A stretch of 20,000 bases of DNA from contig MRSU01000672.1 of the NCBI GenBank assembly GCA_008369845.1, positions 50,678 to 70,677 on the forward strand, read 5' to 3'. Each line of letters starts with the position of its first letter. The first letter of the stretch is position 1. The stretch is from Trichomonas gallinae (lineage: Eukaryota). Positions 16,801-20,000 of the stretch are shown here, one piece after another. The notes below the pieces were generated by a model that was not told where the DNA came from, ran no database searches, and saw only the letters and a list, made by a program, of their open reading frames with translations. A program made the position numbers and the translations under genes.

Positions 16801-19566
16801 TGATACGTTAAATGTCAGAGAATTCGAGCCTGCGATTTGTATGTTTACAGGAATGTCGAATGATGATGCGTGAACAGACTTAAAGTTGAGCTGCAAGTTC
16901 TGCGCATCATGTGCTGGAATTCTTCCGTTCATTGGAATGATTTGGAGCTCATTAGTTCCATCGTAGTTTATCGAGAAAATTGCATCATCGTCGCCAGCAT
17001 TTTTGATCCTCAAAGTTTGAGTCTTAAGGATTCCAATAGGTATCAATCCAAGATTTACAAACTTCTTGTTCAAAGAGCACTTTGGTGCACCAATATCACC
17101 GACACACTTGAGTGTTCTTGTTTGTCCGCCCAAGACATTTAAGAGCAATGTTGCTTCATCGTGTGAATGTGTCTGTGGTGTGTAAGTAACTTCGATGTTT
17201 TGCGTCGAATCTGGATCGATTTTTCCTGAGATCTGCGAAAGAGAGAAGACAGGAGTCAATCCTGTCCATGTGTATTCTGCTGTCGAATTCGACTTGTTCA
17301 CAATTGTGACGAATTCCTTGATAAAAGGTGACACACTGTCAGGCGAAAATCTGAATTCTATCATCTGCCTCGAGAGCTGCAATTCTATAGGAACAACTTG
17401 TGCTGAAACGTTGAATGCATATGTGTGGTGTCCGTTGATTGTGTATTGTATTGTCTTCATGAAATTCTGCTGGCGAGAGCTGCTGAATCTTATATCGAAT
17501 CCAGCAGTTTGTTTAGGAAGAATGACTTGTGATGATGGAGATGATTTGGCAAGCTCTTCGAATTCGTATTTCATTGAGACAACAATGTGCTGCTGCAGGT
17601 TGTTTGTTATCGTGAAAGATTTGGCGGAAACAGAATAAACAGAAACGTGACCAAAATTAACTGTTTGGTGACTCGCTGTAACGAGAAGTTGCTGTGCTGG
17701 TGTCAGTGGTTTACTGCATTCGTTGATTTCAGCAGGCGTCGTTGGTTTAGGCTTGAATTTCTTCTTAATTAAAACGTTTTCATCTTGATGTGATCTCTTT
17801 GTGTTCAATGGTCCATCAGGATCATCACCGCTGTGTGCTGAGTAGCCTGTTTTGGCTGTATTCTGGAAATACAGCGGATTTGATGGATCCAAGATTTTCG
17901 GCTCTGGTGGCTCTAAACCATTATATAATTCATTGTTCTCTTCTTCTGGAGGCTTTGATGGTGTGTTCTTCAACTGATTCGTGACGTATTCTTTGAGATC
18001 TTCATCTGTGTATTGGCCAACAGTGTTTCTAAGGTATTCTTCGCCCTCTGATTTCAGGCGAGTCCTCAGTTCTTGCATGCGGGTTATTGATTCTCTCTTT
18101 GCAGCATATTCAGTGATGAAACCATCAAATCTTTCACGGAGCTGAGAACTCTGCCTGATGCCTTCTATTCCATCCGAGAATCTTCTGTCCGGATGCTCTG
18201 CAGAATATCTCGCGTTTTCGTTTGTCTCGTAAACAGGAATTCGCTTGAATGGTTTCTCTGACCTCTGGCCGCAGACACCAATGAGATTGATCTCCTTTGT
18301 TATCAATCCGCTGCAAAACTTAACATTCGTGTTGAATTTGAACTCGCCATAATTTTTGGGGAAGAAAATAACATTTACGGTTGATGATGACTCTTTCTTA
18401 ATGACACCTGATGATGGCTCGAATCTGAAGTGTGCTATTGGTTGCATTTCGAATTCAATTGGTAAGAATTTTGATGTGTTTGTGATTACGAGTTCTTTTG
18501 TTGTTTTCTCTTCGATTTCGCATTTGTCAAAGATAAAATCGTATGATGAAAGCTTGATGTAGCTTTGTACTGCTTTTCCATTTAATGAAAATTCTAAATG
18601 TTGTCCTGTTTCAACAACTTCGATTGTTTGTATTTGATTGAACTGTAAATCGATGTCTTCAAGTATTGGTTTCGACGGTGGCGGTGGAATAAATTGAAAA
18701 TCGATATTCATTTTGCCGTTGGGTTCAAGTGTTCCTTCTGATGGGTATGCCTTGAAAATTATCTCTTCTTCAATTTGCCTTTTTTGTTTGACTTTGCCCT
18801 TCTTTGCGTCTTCGTTGCTGAGAATCACAAAAGATCTTTTTGCCTGACCATTGTTTACGAGCTGAGCTGTGATAATACGCTTCTGTCCGAAGTAAACTGT
18901 CTGAAAATCGAATGTTTTGCACTCCTTTCCCCCATAAAAAAGGCTTAATGAGTGAGATACTGCTTCAGCTGTAATAACAATCGGCTTCACTTTCTCAGGA
19001 GAGCCTTTAACGTTGACATTTAAGTTGATGTTCACTGGTCCTGGCTGAAGAATCTTGATAGTGGCTGAAATCTCGACGGATTTACTTGGAGCAATAGAAC
19101 CACTTGTTGGCGACATTGTTAACCCTTCATATTCCCACTGTAATTCGAAAGATCCTTCTCTAACACCAATATTTGTCATCGAAAATGAGAATTTATATCC
19201 AAAATCTGTTGGAATTGATCCTAACCGAATATTTTGAGTATCAGGAACAATACGAGGGCTTGGTGGTATCGCACATACTGGAATGGTTACTTTTTCTTTC
19301 GGGCATTCGACATAAAGTTCAGCATGTACTGGATTTGTATCTTTTGGTGTATATTTTATTGTAGCACTAATTTCCAAGCCAGGAGGAACGATTATTGTCG
19401 GTTGAGTGAATAACAAAAATGGTGAATTTGGTGATAATTTGAATCTAATTGGCATAGGAGACCTTCCGCAATTTGTCGCCCATACTTGGATAGAATCTGA
19501 TTCACCTGATTTAAGATCTCTAAAGTTGACGGAGTCCGGAACTACTTGAATAAGTCCTTTCTCCAT
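10897..19566 (-). CDS. CFAP47: Cilia- and flagella-associated protein 47-like (FAP47/CXorf22): tandem ASH/MSP Ig-like domains plus a central calponin-homology-like region
   Basis: 2889-aa intronless ORF. Many Ig-like repeats with the pattern (V/L)xFG...(L/I)xN...FxxxPxxGxIxP...V.F.P. Segments I recall as CFAP47-typical: KKKFKPKPTTPAEINECS, SNIYSTSECTLLKWI, YIWYVVEI, EFWYALKI, FAPKMYGK. Helical CH-like middle region at about aa 1380-1710. Shorter than Hydin. Confidence 0.85.
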   Translation of the reverse strand: MEKGLIQVVPDSVNFRDLKSGESDSIQVWATNCGRSPMPIRFKLSPNSPFLLFTQPTIIVPPGLEISATIKYTPKDTNPVHAELYVECPKEKVTIPVCAIPPSPRIVPDTQNIRLGSIPTDFGYKFSFSMTNIGVREGSFELQWEYEGLTMSPTSGSIAPSKSVEISATIKILQPGPVNINLNVNVKGSPEKVKPIVITAEAVSHSLSLFYGGKECKTFDFQTVYFGQKRIITAQLVNNGQAKRSFVILSNEDAKKGKVKQKRQIEEEIIFKAYPSEGTLEPNGKMNIDFQFIPPPPSKPILEDIDLQFNQIQTIEVVETGQHLEFSLNGKAVQSYIKLSSYDFIFDKCEIEEKTTKELVITNTSKFLPIEFEMQPIAHFRFEPSSGVIKKESSSTVNVIFFPKNYGEFKFNTNVKFCSGLITKEINLIGVCGQRSEKPFKRIPVYETNENARYSAEHPDRRFSDGIEGIRQSSQLRERFDGFITEYAAKRESITRMQELRTRLKSEGEEYLRNTVGQYTDEDLKEYVTNQLKNTPSKPPEEENNELYNGLEPPEPKILDPSNPLYFQNTAKTGYSAHSGDDPDGPLNTKRSHQDENVLIKKKFKPKPTTPAEINECSKPLTPAQQLLVTASHQTVNFGHVSVYSVSAKSFTITNNLQQHIVVSMKYEFEELAKSSPSSQVILPKQTAGFDIRFSSSRQQNFMKTIQYTINGHHTYAFNVSAQVVPIELQLSRQMIEFRFSPDSVSPFIKEFVTIVNKSNSTAEYTWTGLTPVFSLSQISGKIDPDSTQNIEVTYTPQTHSHDEATLLLNVLGGQTRTLKCVGDIGAPKCSLNKKFVNLGLIPIGILKTQTLRIKNAGDDDAIFSINYDGTNELQIIPMNGRIPAHDAQNLQLNFKSVHASSFDIPVNIQIAGSNSLTFNVSGQSELPRVQLSVNAFEFGRLFVGSSSSIEATIQNVGQIPAILFLDLSSHPDFRIEYATELADGANNESMNSVSLVSNPIFVTKTEYLPTTESSATYVDQESNSPAQDSSDDESSGLVYKFYLLEGTSIKFNLVFQPSTAAEHSFELPFTMMNVISASSFHLQPIVSAEAIKAPITISSTSLDFGIMPIFNPQNPHARSVSRAISLVNESKNPIPWRIDNSKIGEPAAFSFEPSADTIAPGATTVVHVLFTATAATPYNVHLPLLVKMAKEKEESVVSEIQLAGVGTSKLFSISQTNVALPIVPLGVKSQTTVYINNDGFISSNLRVQTSASESAFPVKVSFPEGNQLLHTTVKLPIVVGFQSPKPLSFSTMIGIIDDNGNGASFTVTCTTDNSVFTLYPFLYANKPEIKSAKGSPITVDTKSVESCASLVTRFINAPDIIELKGQPWTVAYNPKTTKFILRYLNALSLNTQISDFPGDFIRNNGSTFLELVDNISGGRRPNVDNNQEKVKVEDINSKQLEAMKKIIRFLQSMGLLVSHIRPEFLLERQEFVNVMRYRITKQLLGIDYFNAPTLQSFDQAILSEFTNSKSFSNALMQRLKIAETLYAELSNEAWMMVMMQLFKVFIVGRIDQERLNQQPGFMEAIRSMTSTTSRFANMEDVLSEVNRPNKSVSASNIYSTSECTLLKWISVHTCVQYVDWQRAVNSFEKLADATCFTALLKAHTTSLKVPLPNSAIDHSTPEDTAILFTSSLKSLKLAFSPTADEISCKSDCVLAIVAAYLFETLPRFIPIASVDFTTTLHKTISKAVQIQNPSKAEITYKAVLEGSQTFSLPNDSLIIPPNGTADINVVFTARTIKKQTARLILTPLRPRYVTTNTEEGDTMPTTARGPSHVPIFSAPIVVDIYSEVTIVAPDMVSAYEGMIYQPTKINLTVKNFIGTKSEPKIAYKISKIADETGKTVGSNKSISQQIQEFIANPFESSKEELVPTSQSKTTTFQSIVKAHKNFIIEQTHVDFMDENSTQTVAIEFLPIDLGTYRMFLLFEDPNSGEFVIQVEAKSVLPNPVEIAANKMKCESGKKFNYSYNLDIVNTALIKQLAYGYERINNAGKFTSDRKLIDMITSRTREIEALFKASFTSQKFQVSNSATQYFEMPADITITKNPDPKNKPNALPITFKPSKAGEYPVKIVLTSNNDIRLLKASATAIPAVKEMSIEFSTVSGRQVHQDIPLTNPSDEVWNFKVTTSGDSVFSAPQRVSVKPCTTGNMTVNFTPLRVGSFKGELMLTNASSEATVIYKLTGVADEPPAEKKINVNCKARVPFEYEVPVKSFVKNGQVKVTTTVPIITFKPLVNFENGNLTEPFKFNVIAQRSGVSAGTLTFTDSTTGNYIWYVVEIHVDSPAPEQTITVNTSARKSATVSIKIQNPKDKITNFTVVLSDDDLFGLKEFSVPPHETMTYELVVSPLKAMTRASSVYFYSDDDSEFWYALKITATEAPGQTLAPLVSPLGKFASTTITLENPLTKGASVRVENSNPTAFQVMAKRSIQLLPLEKRRVEIRYIPTSVGQKETAEISFLSQDVGDWTYSLSGSGKPPQPYSPTIVSSQIGVPMSALVLFNNPFPYPCRFNISIDSECEEGVFQFLVRKKLFTLEWFGEEYQVPFTFTPTQRGQFTAHIIVTFAGPARGDLPDNTALLSSVRWIFPVIGNTISAAVEAKVIRARANEFSSSNLTFQLVGETEEFQASEYTVNIILQQQHEFLRQILDIKPTEVLRDGDSPELMVNVNFTPMRPCNGSAQLRVKNPLGQEWQFDLSCVAERGKPIDTLQIESLLNKTGEASVTIPTTFRMQTPFHAYMIAGSASEFSAVPEHGFIEPGPGPGTETPIKIVFAPKMYGKVLRGVLVIDTLDAQFLYDVVGKTPEYVPPTITAGSRLMQLQTTRQSMPGGDTKKRPESKLLRNSQKPRIISPNSGKHKVI

Positions 19567-19576
19567 ATATATAATT

Positions 19577-19581
19577 AGTGA
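19577..19581 (-). promoter_or_regulatory. Trichomonad Inr TCACT of the CFAP47-like gene
   Basis: The minus strand reads TTCACTAATTATATATATG, a consensus Inr 10 nt upstream of ATG 19566. Confidence 0.7.
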
Positions 19582-20000
19582 ATCAAATTTTGCTCGTTAT
19601 TTTGTTTTTTCATTATTCACATTCTAGTTTTATCAAGAAATAATCATACTATCACTTATATGTCAATAATTTCTTAATAAAATAGCAAAATATCAAAAAA
19701 TTAATAATTTTCAAAAATTATTTTTGAAATTAGACTTTTTAAGCTCAATATATTTGTTGGTAAAGTATTATTAGATTATTTTCCATGGTTAATCAGCAAT
19801 AAAATCAAAATTGAAATATTTTAATCAAAATTTCATCAATCGTGGTCTATAATTCATATATATTTGTGTGATTATCCATGTGTTCATTTCCACGTCGGGA
19901 AACCAAAAATGAATTATATTAATAAAGGTATGGAAACTAATAACCTTATTTTAACGGACGAATGTTGATGGTGCAAAAGTTTTACACAACACAGATAGCT

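Noticed and set aside
10892..19364. Many 60-192 aa ORFs antisense to or overlapping CFAP47 (for example 12935-13513 and 15944-16441)
   Set aside because: These are shadow ORFs produced by the codon bias of the long real gene. They have no recognisable motifs, and many start at non-ATG codons.
484..19566. Idea that the five genes form a functional cluster
   Set aside because: The predicted functions are unrelated (flagellar structure, nuclear transport, glycan hydrolysis) and at least three genes have their own Inr. Two possible flagellar genes in 20 kb is unremarkable.
19928..19994. Intron-like pieces GTATGG...ACTAAT...ACAACACAG
   Set aside because: They do not match the strict trichomonad ACTAAC-ACACAG branch/3' splice motif, and there is no flanking exon evidence.
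1..20000. Prokaryotic systems (CRISPR, operons, defence islands), tRNA/rRNA genes, Maverick or other transposon genes, alternative genetic code
   Set aside because: No repeat-spacer arrays, RNA gene signatures or transposase/integrase motifs were seen. The long ORFs read through in the standard code and end at TAA or TGA.

Overview
Eukaryotic, AT-rich genomic DNA with five intronless protein-coding genes in the standard genetic code. Three of the five have a TCA(T/C)(T/A) initiator (Inr) element 4-10 nt upstream of the ATG. Together with the codon usage, this points to a trichomonad (Parabasalia, Trichomonas-like); the species cannot be determined here. The genes are: (1) a 1036-aa coiled-coil protein with possible TSNAXIP1/AXDND1-like ciliary architecture; (2) a 211-aa coiled-coil hypothetical protein; (3) a divergent importin-beta1-like HEAT-repeat protein, true start probably 4946; (4) a GH16 glycoside hydrolase with an N-terminal beta-trefoil-like module, true start probably 9465, bacterial-looking in protein sequence but with host-type codons and a host Inr; (5) a 2889-aa CFAP47-like flagellar central-apparatus protein. 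Two intergenic stretches look like decayed coding remnants. I found no RNA genes, transposons, CRISPR arrays or multi-gene novel system. The best lead is the GH16 gene, a probable lateral transfer from Bacteroidetes and a candidate mucin endo-O-glycanase or beta-glucanase. All family assignments come from motif recognition by eye, not from database searches.
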